This document shows, in pieces, positions 49,961 to 61,244 of a stretch of 64,000 nucleotides of DNA. The DNA comes from Saccostrea cucullata (Eukaryota): assembly GCF_032062105.1 (NCBI RefSeq), contig NW_026931856.1, positions 248,001-312,000 of the forward strand, written 5' to 3'. The position numbers and the translations under genes are program-made. Within the stretch, counting starts at the first letter, position 1; each line of letters opens with the position of its first letter. Under the pieces are notes generated by a model. It was not told the DNA's origin. It ran no database searches and saw only the letters and a list, made by a program, of their open reading frames with translations.

Positions 49961-52011
49961 TCACAGTTTACAGAGCTTGCTGTCAAAGCGAATGACTTGA
50001 TCTTCCAGTGGTTTGTCTTTTTTCCAAACAGGGGGGATAATTAGCACCTCAGGTCCATTCTTTGGTCTCCAGACCAACAACTGTGCACTGTTTGCATTGG
50101 GAGGCATCAAAGCACATCTTGGTATAGGGATTTTATTCTCCAACACATCAGGTTGCTTTGGCATTGGATTACTGATCAGCTTGGCTCTTTGACCTAATGG
50201 TTTTGTTGGATCCACTGCTATTTCTAGACACATATTCCATTGCACTGTCTTCAGAATATAGGCCTTGTGGTCAGACATATTCCAGGCTACCAGCCAGACG
50301 TAAAACGACTGGTCTCGGCAAATGTGAGTTAGGTTTGGTTCAACTTGATTGCGATTGGCTGGGTTTCTCCAGGTTACATGAGGGTGAAAATTGTCATTCA
50401 TTGCAATGGTGGCTGACTGGTACATCTTGCATGGTCCCTCAAAAATGACAGTCTCATTACGAGAGCCATACCATGGATAATGATGGCCATCACAATCACT
50501 GATCATAGACTGTTGACCGCTGGTCAGTTCTGGAAACTCCCAGCTTGTGCTGAAAAAAGAGAGAAAAGTGGATTTCGTAGGACAATACAAAGATTATGAT
50601 CTGAATCATTAAACACAGGTCGAGGAAATTAATTTTGCTTGATGGAATCATATTCATATCAGAGTCAGACTATTAGTAAAGTTATGAAAACAGAGAGGCT
50701 TTTATAAACATTTTATTTGACACTTACTATCCTTCATCATAAGTGTTGTGAAACATCATGTCTGTGCATGCTTGGATCCAGCCTACTTTCCACATTTGTG
50801 TGTCATTCATTGGTGACATCTCTATGGTTGCAGTAACTCTACAATAATTTTTCCAAGCATTAATGTATATAAAGATAATGGTGAGGTCAGCCTTAAAAAT
50901 CAAGGGATTGTTTTACAATACATGAATAAGAGATCAACAAGCAGTTTTTTTTTCCAAGTATGAAGGAAAAATATCATTGATATTTCATTTACTGAAAGAT
51001 AGTATTTTTTGACCATTGAGTTCCAAATTATGGACCGCAGTGTTTTCCCTTTATTTCAAAGTAAAGGGTTAGAGATAAGTTGTAACAGGCTAGGGGCTGA
51101 GGTTTATGAACAAAATCTCTAGACCTAACTACAAATTTTTATTTCAAAGCAGCATTTTTGTCAATTCGGTCAATTTCTTTACCACAAAAGGGAAAACATT
51201 GTTACCCGAAATAGGGGGGGGGGGGGGGGGGGGGGGGGGCAGTCACTTTCCTTAGTACATACTAAATATTCTCTTTAGCATTTTACGAGTGGGGGGTCTT
51301 TGTTTTCTGTGGTTTAGAGGGGGTGTCATTTTTTTCCTTACTTATCTTTACAATGAAATTTAAAAACCCTGAAAACCAGTAACTTATGCTATCGAACTAT
51401 GTTTTGTGGAATTAACGTATTAAATAATATTTAATCTATAATCCAGTGACTCAGAAGAAAGCCCCATCTCCTGCCCAAAGAGGATGGCTCCACGGTTACG
51501 GACAGAAGTTGACTCCAGTAGGAGCCAACCTAACAAATCACGGGAGGGGAAGGTATTCTATAAGCTTACCTACTTCAGCTTTTCTAGCGGATATTTAACA
51601 TTACAGACCTGACGTTTAAAATAGTAAACTGTATAGTTACCTAAAGTTAGGTGTTCTGTATTTTAGCACAGATGCTGAGCTTTCATCAATTGATGTTGGT
51701 TGTTTATCTATCTTGGCATGAAAGTTGAGGACTCGGATTTTCTGGTGAACTTCTTTCGAGTTTTCCGTGCCTATAGCAGTTTGTTTACACCATGCTTCCG
51801 ATGCATTTAAGCCCATTGCTTGGTCCATCTCCATTTTAAACTTTTGTTTTAAGGTTGACAATATATCAATGCTAATTCTTTCAAGCGAACTAGCAGCAAT
51901 TAATAAAGGAGCTCGTCTCAGAATGTTTGCGCCCTTTTGTTGATCGTATTTTCCCGCTTCCCGAAATACTTTGCGCACAATTGTTACGTCATAGACGTTA
52001 GTCTCTGTCAT
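49961..52011 (-). CDS. FAM78: FAM78 family protein (pro-orthologue of FAM78A/FAM78B), 3 exons; start at 52011 (356 aa) or 51816 (291 aa)
   Basis: Exons 52011 (or 51816)-51641, 50838-50728 and 50549-49961. Motifs: IDKQPTSIDESSASVLKYRTPNFR, WKVGWIQAC, TSWEFPEL, ISDCDGHHYPWYG, MNDNFHPHVTW, RDQSFYVWLVA, PNANSAQLLVWRPK. Confidence 0.92.
51214..51239 (+). repeat. Poly-G tract (26 G)
   Basis: Directly visible in FAM78 intron 1. Confidence 0.9.
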
Positions 52012-52290
52012 TGGCTGATTAAAGATTTGTTATATGATGGGAAAAAATGCTGAAATATCATTTTATATTTTTTTAATAAAGTTTTTATTGTAATATCATG
52101 AATATTTACTTCACAAGTAAAATTTGCACATTGTAACTAATATAAACAAAAGTGTAAAAATAGTAGCATATCCCACAATTCCAATGTCCACTTCCGATTT
52201 AAAAGCGGCACGCTGATTTTGTAGGGGTTAGGATAGATTACTGCAAATGACTTCATTTTTCAAAATACTATTTCAGTCTATTTAAGTAGG
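52012..52290. promoter_or_regulatory. Probable bidirectional promoter between FAM78 and PLPP6/7
   Basis: The two ORFs diverge 280 bp apart. The gap contains tcccacaattcc (52171-52182), which resembles a ZNF143/Staf site, and cttccg (ETS-like). The motif assignments are inference. Confidence 0.5.
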
Positions 52291-55200
52291 ATGTCAGCCA
52301 TTCAGCGAAGAAAAAGGCGACCAAATGGAGGGCATAGAAAAGACACCCCGGATGTAAAAATAATGAAATCCATGGACTCTTTTGGTCGATCGATCTCGTC
52401 AATAGATTACCAGTTGACTCAGAAATGCAGCATTTGTGCCCGGCCAAATTCTCAGCTGGGAAACTTAAGACCACTGATGAAAGTCCTTGAAATTTCATGT
52501 CACGGGATCCCTTGGTTATTAGGAACTATTGGTTTACTTTTATCTGTTCATAAGCACGAACATTTAGAAATCCTAATGAACTTACTAATAGGTAAGAATT
52601 CAACAGTTCATTATTTATATACTCTGTGAAGTTTGTTTTATTGCTTTAAGCTTGTAGCTTGCATAGTCATAAAGTTATGTAGTATTTGTCATTTAATTTA
52701 CTCCAGTTGTTTTAGTATTTCTGCAAAAGTATTATGTATTGTAGAATAGCCCCCAGTGATTTCTTCTCGTTCCCTTACCCCTCATTCACACATAGACGAC
52801 GATTCTACTATGATCAAAATCTGGCCAGAAATGTGGCTAATCGTGGCAAATCGCAGGAGAAATGTAGTGGAGTCTTCATAAGCGCAGTTTGATTGCAGGA
52901 GGGTCTTTATGACTGGAGAGGTCTACGCTCTTGCCATGCTTATTTTGAACATGCTCAAAACAAGCATAGCAGGGTCATGGCCAACAAGAATTGCGAGGAA
53001 GTTGTAAAAAGAGCATAGTAAAAGCGCCGTAATCGTATAAGCAGTGCAGAAGCATTGTGGAGAGATCTTTGTGATAATAGTATAATTATAGCACAGTAAA
53101 AGCGTAGAAACTTACCAAGTACGCTCCTACACATCTTGGCTAGCCAAGGGTTTCTGATACGCTACTCCCCTCATGAACCCTTGGCATACGGTGAAGTCAA
53201 AAGACGGGATTGTTTATATCAAGTGATCTCGAATCTATCAGGTACACATAGATTGCGTCATTGACAGAAATAAAGAGGCATGTTTAAAAAAAAATTAAAT
53301 GAAAGTTTTTTTTCAAGAATAAGTAAGAAGCAATAATTGAGTCATGGTTATTTATTATTTATAGTACAAATCTGAAGCTTCAATATAAATTCTTTATCAC
53401 ATATTTAGAAGATATTGTATGACACCATAGCTATTTATAGAATTGCGGCCAATTTTATGAGTCTGTCAAAAATAAAAATAAATAAATAGAATTAATGTTG
53501 CAATGTACTTTTTATACTTTTTTTTTAAATAAACAAAGCATTTACATGAAATGTTTATAGATTACCAAGAATTCGTTTAAATCGCACAATCAGGAACTAC
53601 GATTGTAATCCCAATCTCATTCGTTTTTTCTCTATACATGAATACATCATCTAAACATCCAACATCTTTCTTTATGTGACATACTAAATCATGATCGCTA
53701 AATGTTTAATTTCATACCAATGAGTCCTAAAATTAAGCGTCGAATTGACTCAGTCAGAATTACCTAACTTCCCTCTAAGAAGCTAGAAAGCTAAAAATAA
53801 AGACAGGGTTTTCCAGTGAAAGTTGTCGAAAATTTGAACATCGGTAAATTCTTTTTTTCCCCAGAAAAATTTGTTAGTCTGTTTGGACTAATTAGCTACA
53901 ATTTTTTATTAGTCCGAGTGAAAATGTATTAGTCTGAGACTAACGGACTAATGTTAATGTCGAACCCTGAAAAAACAATTGCTGATTGGTCGACCGTGTG
54001 TATCAAATCCCAATCAGAACTCTAGAAAAAAAAACCCCAACTTCTATCAACACCGTATGCCAAGGGATTTTGAGGAGAGTAGCGTACAGCAAAACTCGGT
54101 TATAACAAAGTCGCTGGGATCTGTGAAATTACTTCGTTACATATGTAATTCGTTATAACCGTATAAGAAGTTCATTAAATTTATATAGCTTGGGATCCAA
54201 GATGACTATCAGGTACACACAGATTGCATCATTGACAGAAATAAAGATGCATGTTTAAAAAAACATAGCGAAGATGGCTCCTACAATGCTCTAACTATGT
54301 TCCCAATACGACCTCTCTACGTTCCTGATGATCCAACAAAGACCTAAAATGACCTTACGCTGATCATATCACGACCTCTCAGACAGCAGTTGTTTTTATA
54401 GCACTGATATTTGACCAAGCATCATCTGTCAACTACATTTAAAGGGTGACAATATACTTGATGATTATTTGCAGTTGAGACTTCGAACTTTTCACATCTT
54501 GGTACAATTACAGTCGAAAATGTCCCATAAACCATGTGGTAAAGGCCGTGAAAAGTCTGTGATCGCAGGATATATATGCATCATTGCCAAAATCGTACTA
54601 GAAAAATCTGCGGTTGCAAGATATAAACTAGTATACATCATCGCCCAAATCATACTAGAAGTGTGATACAATCGTAATATGATAGGCAGCACTGTACCGA
54701 TATTGTTGTACAGTCATCTAGGTCTGTGTAGTGTCGTTGTATGATCTTGAATGTTGTAGCAGTAACGTAGCATATACGCAGTAAATGTGGCTGCTGGTTG
54801 GCAACGGTCTCTGTAACATCGTATTAGAAGCGTGTTAACAGCGCTTTAGACGTAGGGACATCATAGTATGATCCTAATGAAGACCATTATTTGCCACTGA
54901 TTGGCTCCGATCCAAAACTTTTTCAGATCGTGGCTTGAACGAATTGATCGTCGTAAAGTCGCAGCTCTGTGTTGAAGAAGGGGGGTGTAAATTCAAAATG
55001 ACCCAATCATTTTATGAATAGTGACCATAGTTAGACCCACATGTTCTTTGACCTTCCCAGGTACTGAATGGGATGTTGATATATGTTTGAGAAAGGGTAG
55101 TGAAATTCGGTACATCTGATTTTTAAATAGATTGGTGTCTGACTAAGGTGTAATTTTTTCATAATTATTGTTGTTATCATTTTCTATCGTTAAAATTTAC

Positions 55201-55617
55201 AAATTTGTTAAATACCTTACATATTCTTTTCCAGGACTGGTAGGAGATCTCATTATTATTGCTGCACTAAAGATGCTTGTTCAGCGAGAACGGCCAGCCT
55301 TTAACAAATCTGATATGTTTGCTACAGTCTCAGTCGATAACTACTCCTTCCCATCAGGCCACTGCTCCAGGGCTATCATGCTAGCTTACTTTTTCTCGGA
55401 GAAGGCAAATTTAGAAGCACCTATACTTGGACTGATTGTCCTATGGGCACTTGTTGTGTCCCTATCCAGGCTTCTCCTTGGTAGACATTATTTCAGCGAT
55501 GTTGTGTTTGGAATGATCTTGGGAGCCCTAGAGTTCAAACTTTTGGCCTATTACTGGCTTTCAAAAGAAAACTGCATGTTTGTTTTAGAGCCATTTTTTG
55601 CACATTTTCACCTCTGA
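52291..55617 (+). CDS. PLPP6: PAP2-family polyisoprenoid diphosphate phosphatase (PLPP6/PLPP7 pro-orthologue), 227 aa, 2 exons
   Basis: Exons 52291-52591 and 55235-55617. Contains LEISCHGIPWL, C1 KMLVQRERP, DMFATVSVDNYSFPSGH (C2) and C3 SRLLLGRHYFSDV. All catalytic motifs are intact. Confidence 0.93.
53160..54084. mobile_element. TA-TSD MITE containing a small hAT-like insert (53804-53969), nested in an older degenerate element (about 52780-54985)
   Basis: ta|cgctactcccctcatgaacccttggcatacggtg...caccgtatgccaagggattttgaggagagtagcg|ta. The inner element has cagggtt...aaccctg termini. Confidence 0.75.
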
Positions 55618-55873
55618 AAGCTGTGATCATCCATTTTTAATATCCATTTTAAATAATATAGAGACATACATGTGGTACAAACTTTGACGAATATGCAAGA
55701 TAATATACTATGTAGAATAATCTGTTTTAAAAATGTCATATACATGTATGATACTTAATTTGTGCACTATTGTGATTATTTATGAATTGTCTGTACTACG
55801 TATTTGTGATACATACTTAATTATAGTTTATACACATGTACACTGCTGAGATTGCATGAGCTGTCAAGTCAAC

Positions 55874-55893
55874 TTTTTAGCTCACCTGAGCCA

Positions 55894-55925
<32 letters not shown>

Positions 55926-56798
55926 GTCCGTTGTCTGTCGTCGTCGTCGTTGTTGTCGTTTTTGTTGTTGTTGTCGTCATTGTCGTCGTCGTTGTAAACT
56001 TTTCACATTTTCATATATGCCAATCAACCAAACTTGCCACAAAGCATTGTTTGTTCAAATGAAGGGCCAGGCCCTCATTCAAGGGGAGATAATTGGGAAT
56101 TAATGAAAATTTGATGGTATGTCAAGAACCACTGAGCCAGGAAAGATGAAACTTATGGGGAAACATCCTCAGGTAGTGTAGATTCAAGTTTGTTCACATC
56201 ATGACCCTCGGGGGTAGGGCGGGGCCACAATGGCCGTCCAAAGTTTTACATAGAAATATATAGGAACATTCTTTAAAAATCTTCTTCTCAAGAATCACAA
56301 AGCCATAATTGATCATATTTATGTGAAAGCATCCTCATGTAGTGAAGATTCAAGTTTGTTCAAATCATGACCCCCGGGGGTAGGGCGGGGCCACAATGGC
56401 CGACCAAAGTTTTACATAGAAATATATAGGAAAATTCTTTTAAAATCTTCTTCTCAAGAATAGCAAAGCCATAATTGATCATATTTATATGGAAGCATCC
56501 TCATAGTTTCAATCACATCATGATGTAGGGCGGGGCCACAATGGCCGTCCAAAGTTTTACATAGAAATATATTGAAAATTCTTTAAGAATCTTCTTCTCA
56601 AGAATAACAAAGCCATAATTGATCATATTTATATGGAAGCATCCTCAGGTAGTGTAGATTCAAGTTTGCAGATCATGTCAATGGCCGACCAAAGTTTTAC
56701 ATAGAAATATATTTCTTTAAAATCATTATTAATTTTTGTACATTTGGATTTAAATTATTAAATAATAAACCAATTTCTACTTTTTCCTTGCCACAGTG

Positions 56799-56833
<35 letters not shown>
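55874..56833 (+). mobile_element. CvA-like HINE with a (gtc/gtt)n microsatellite and about four satellite monomers
   Basis: Same termini as 39126-40913: tttttagctcacctgagccaaaggctcaagtgagc...caggtgagcgatgtggcccatgggcctcttgtt. Confidence 0.88.
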
Positions 56834-56834
<1 letters not shown>

Positions 56835-57929
56835 AATTTTATTATTTTTTGTTTGATGATCTTTGCAGATGTCATGAGCTGTCACACACAAAATTTATAA
56901 TATTTGACTAATATAAACCTTGAAAATGCTGTCAATTTTATTTTATTTTGCAGTTAGCTTCTGCTATGAAATTTGAACAGTTGACTGTATGTGTTGAAAT
57001 ACCAGGTGTTTTACATAGATTCAACAAGAGGTACATGTACATAATGTGAAATGGTTTAAATGATATTTATTCAGATTACTGAATTGATTGAGCAACAGGC
57101 ATACAATATCTTCTCCTAATGCGATGAAAATGGGCACAATATCTGACTTGTGCTACTAAGTAAATTCAATACCTTTGTTAGTGTATATGATTTTCAGAAA
57201 TTGATTGAATAGAAAAATAGGACTATTTGTGTGTGTATGTGTGTGTCCTTGATCATATTAAATGGTTTTATTAGCAAGTCCTTTTTCTTGGAGCATTTTT
57301 CATAGTAATTAAACTAATAAAGATCATCTCAAGAAATAAAGTTCCAGTATCGTCAGTCTGTTACTTTTTAGAGTAATGTCAACGAGTAACTGGTTAACCA
57401 TGGGTTAATCTAAACGTCGAACAATGCAAGTATCAGTAAAACTGCTGCATGTACTGGGTTAAATCAGAAGGAAAAATATTATTTGTTCACAAATTTCCAT
57501 ATTTTATTTACCATAATTTAATGTTAGACTTGATATAGTGTTATGACCAATTTCTTTTTATAATTGAAGTATCTCACAAAATATCTAATGGAGGCTTTGA
57601 TTGCCAAAAGATATACAAGATTTTAGGCCTCTAAGCTGGGTTAATTATAATTACCACCTATAAATCTGTGCTAGCCGGCAGAATACAAGATTAAAGAGGA
57701 TGCTGCCATATAGGAGGAGGCACAATATGTGATCAGTCTTAATTACATAGAAATAAATGGATCTTTCATTGAAGAACAGCATTAGCATAGTAACTAAGGT
57801 GAGCATTGAGGTCCATGGGCTTTGGTTAAATTAGGATGGATACAAAACCAGTGGCTTTAAACAATGGAAAAATTGTATTGATGATTGATTGATCATCACT
57901 GCAAACTTGCTTAGTATAAATATAGCTAG

Positions 57930-58180
57930 GCTTACAGTACTTGGAAATGAAACCTGCTTCAAAAACATTAACCTGGTTATTCTTTGGTGGAAAATGCAGC
58001 ATCTGAAACCTTACTGGTACAACAAAACATACTAGAAGCATTATCCAGGCATTTCTGATCAATTTAGGGCATAGAATTTTTCATACATGAAATCTGCTCC
58101 AAAAACTAACCATGGCATACCAACACAGAATATAACATTAGCTCCCCCAACTTTGATTGCATGTAGGTGAGCATAAAAAT
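57930..58180 (-). mobile_element. Degenerate fragment of the HINE family seen at 7612-9186
   Basis: Shares gcagcatctgaaac...actggtacaa, ctgctccaaaaac and the terminus agctcccccaacttt...aggtgagc. Confidence 0.6.
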
Positions 58181-58983
58181 TACTGCAAAATACATGTAAC
58201 ATGTATTGCCTATATTTTTAAGTTGGCAGATTTGTATATTGATGACAAAAGAAGACTTGTGGATGGTAACTTTTTATTTACCATGATTATTCAACATTGA
58301 TGGATGTGTGGCACATTTTGTCAATAAATTAAGTACTATTTACATAATTTAAAAAATAGCTTGGAATGTTCCTCTGGTCCCTACTACCTACAAAAGACCA
58401 GGATACTGTCAAATGATTAGTGAAAGTAAAAAGTACATGTATCACACATTTAGAAACTAAGCTTGAAAAAGAATTAAGAAAAAAAGGGGATACTTCTATA
58501 GCAGTAATGTACAGAGATTTCAGTAATATAAACATCAATTGACTACTGTGGAGATCAGTTTAGATCTTGAGACAGTAAAAGTAATGGCTTTTCAGATTCA
58601 AATAAATCCTCCGAGTTTAATTTCTTTACAACAAGAATTCAACTTAAACAGGGTGTGTTTTTTCTTATTCTTGCATAGTCATGCTTTATTTTAAATTGTG
58701 CAACTATTTCATTCTCTTCGTATACTGGTGATCTTGTGACATTTGTCCTAAAACAACATGGACGGAATTCTCCTTTAAAACGCACATAAAGCAAAAACAC
58801 ATCAGACTATATACATATATATAAATGAACTTTTAAAAAAAACATGATAATAAACAACAAATGGATGTTAAACCAAACTGATTCATATCTAAATAATAAA
58901 AAATTATCAATACCTACAATAGATTGCTTATTGCTTATGTTTATTATGCTCTCACAGGAAGTCCTCTCTAAGTGTATATTTAA

Positions 58984-59326
58984 GGGAGGCGACTTGGATT
59001 TCTTTGTGTGAAAACTTCAATTCTATATCGGAAAATAATTTTTAGTTTCAAATTCCTGTGTTTAAGATTTCATGAGCTTTCGTGTATTACATTATGACTC
59101 CCGCTTTATCATAGCCTCAGAAACACACTATTTACAACATCCACGTAGTACACCTATCAGTTTTATAAAAATGTTTGGAAAAAATAATTTTTTTAAAAAA
59201 TTGTAATTCTGTGTTTTTAAACAGTGATTCCTTAACTTTGTTTCACTTGATATTGGGAAAAAAGTTACTTTTAAATTTTAAATAAGCTGCACTAGTATTA
59301 CCCAATGAAAACCCCAGTCTGCTCCC
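58984..59326. mobile_element. TTAA-TSD MITE (Kolobok-like)
   Basis: ttaa|gggaggcgact...agtctgctccc|ttaa. Confidence 0.6.
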
Positions 59327-60607
59327 TTAAAGAAGAAATGAGAGATTATTGGTGATTAGTGACGTAAAAGAGAATTGAGGATAACAAATCAAGTTCTTAT
59401 TCATTGAATCCTGTGTGGACCCTGAGATTTCAATAGAGTGGTGCATAATGAAAGATAAGCATTCCTTTGGATTAATCTAGTTTAGCATAATTTTTCTGAG
59501 TAAACAAAATGTTAAGAAATGATGAGTTTACAACATGTAACTTGACATTATTCACATGTCAACATTTAATATTAATTCAATATTTTTTTTAAAGCACACA
59601 AGGAATTTAATACTAGTATACATGTACATTAAAGCTTTACACTGTAGCCTGAGATGGGAATGATACAGTAAAACTTGTCTAACCCAGATCTTGTGTATAC
59701 TGAAATCCTGACTATATCGTATGATGAAAACTTTCAGTAAATTAAGATATTTACAATATTGTCTATAATCTGAAATGTCATCTAATGTTGACCAAATTCT
59801 GTGGAACCAGTGGTTTCTGGATAAGACAATTTTACTGCATTTTGAAATAAACACAATACTTAATACGTGTATAGAGAGAGTAAAACAAAATAAAAACATT
59901 AAAATATAGGATTTCATTTCTTGTTAATATACTGGTATCCATGATAAAATAGGTCTCTTGGTTATTTCTGTTACAACCAAACAAATCATCACAGGCATTA
60001 TAATGAAACGAAACACCAAGACAATATCGCACACAAAACTTAAATCATATTCTTTTACTAATAAACAAACACTGAATATATATTTACATAAATAGGATTT
60101 CCTGGAAATTGATAGAATATCTTGTTTGTTCTCAGATGATGGCCGGCCATCATTTCCTCACTCACTCTCTAACACTCAAACATTGCACAATGCAACAACT
60201 TTAAAATTTGAAATAAACAAGCTTTAATCTTGAACACTTTTTAAAAAATATACTTCAGATTCTGTGTAAATCACAATCTTTGTCAGATAAACATCATTCA
60301 AATCAGTAAATATATCTATATAATATATATTAATTCAACAGTTCACACACCATTTATGGCCTCTTGAAGACTTGACTCTGATTAATTACTGGTTTCAGTG
60401 GTTTATAATAGAAACCTGTAAATTTAATGCCCTATGATAAGATTTCTCACAGAACTCCAACCACAAGTCTATTGGAAAATAAACATGAAAAGCTACCACT
60501 TGATTTAACAATTCTTTTGTAAAATGGATTTTTTAATCATGATTATTTCGAATCTGGAAAATAAATACTGTGTGGTTTAAATTTATCCACCTTGAGTTGA
60601 TAATGTA

Positions 60608-60772
60608 CTGTATACAGGAAAATTTTTTGCCCCTTTCGCCCTACCCTTATTTGGGAGAATTTAAAAGGGGCAAATTCAAAGAATACAGTAAAATTTCTTA
60701 AACAAAACTATGAATTTAAAATGGGGCAGAATTGTTTGCAAGTATGAAAGAGGGAAAATAACCCTGTATACA
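60608..60772. mobile_element. Small Tc1/mariner-like MITE
   Basis: Termini ctgtatacagg...ccctgtatacag with inverted ttcgccc / ggggcaaa subterminal motifs. Confidence 0.55.
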
Positions 60773-61244
60773 GCATCAATGAATATTTTAAGTGTGTACA
60801 GTGCACCAAACATGTACTGTGTTTGGTCATAGATCATCATTCAATGATACAGAAAGTGTACAAATTGATAAGTCTACACTTATCTTTCTACTTTTTCACA
60901 CGTTTTATATCTTAATTAAAATTATAGTCTGTGTCATTTAAAGCAGATAAACCCATAGAAAATCATGGGTGACAAAGAGTTTATCAAATCTAACTTCTGT
61001 TCTGTAAAGTATACAATATTTTAAAACAGACTTTGTTCTGTAATTCATTTTTCTTTCTGGACATTTACAGACATTTATACCTTAAAAGCGTCTAAAATAA
61101 CAACAATATGTTGTATAAAATAGCTAATGGGTGGGAAAAAAAGATCAACATTGAAGGGTCATGGTTAGCATCTCTATTTCCAATGCTTGCTTCACGATTC
61201 CGCTTATTAAAGCTTGTGTTGTCTTCACCTGGTGGTGACCGATC

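Noticed and set aside
51214-51239. Poly-G as a functional G-quadruplex element
   Set aside because: It can form G4 in principle, but nothing here indicates function and homopolymer length is unreliable in assemblies.
55852-56103. Cys/Arg-rich ORF resembling a protamine or defence peptide
   Set aside because: It is the translation of the (gtc/gtt)n microsatellite at the 5' end of a HINE.
61090-61244. Open frame of about 50 codons after the NEK6/7 TAG, suggesting stop-codon readthrough
   Set aside because: The context TAG-GAT is not a known readthrough signal and the length is compatible with chance.
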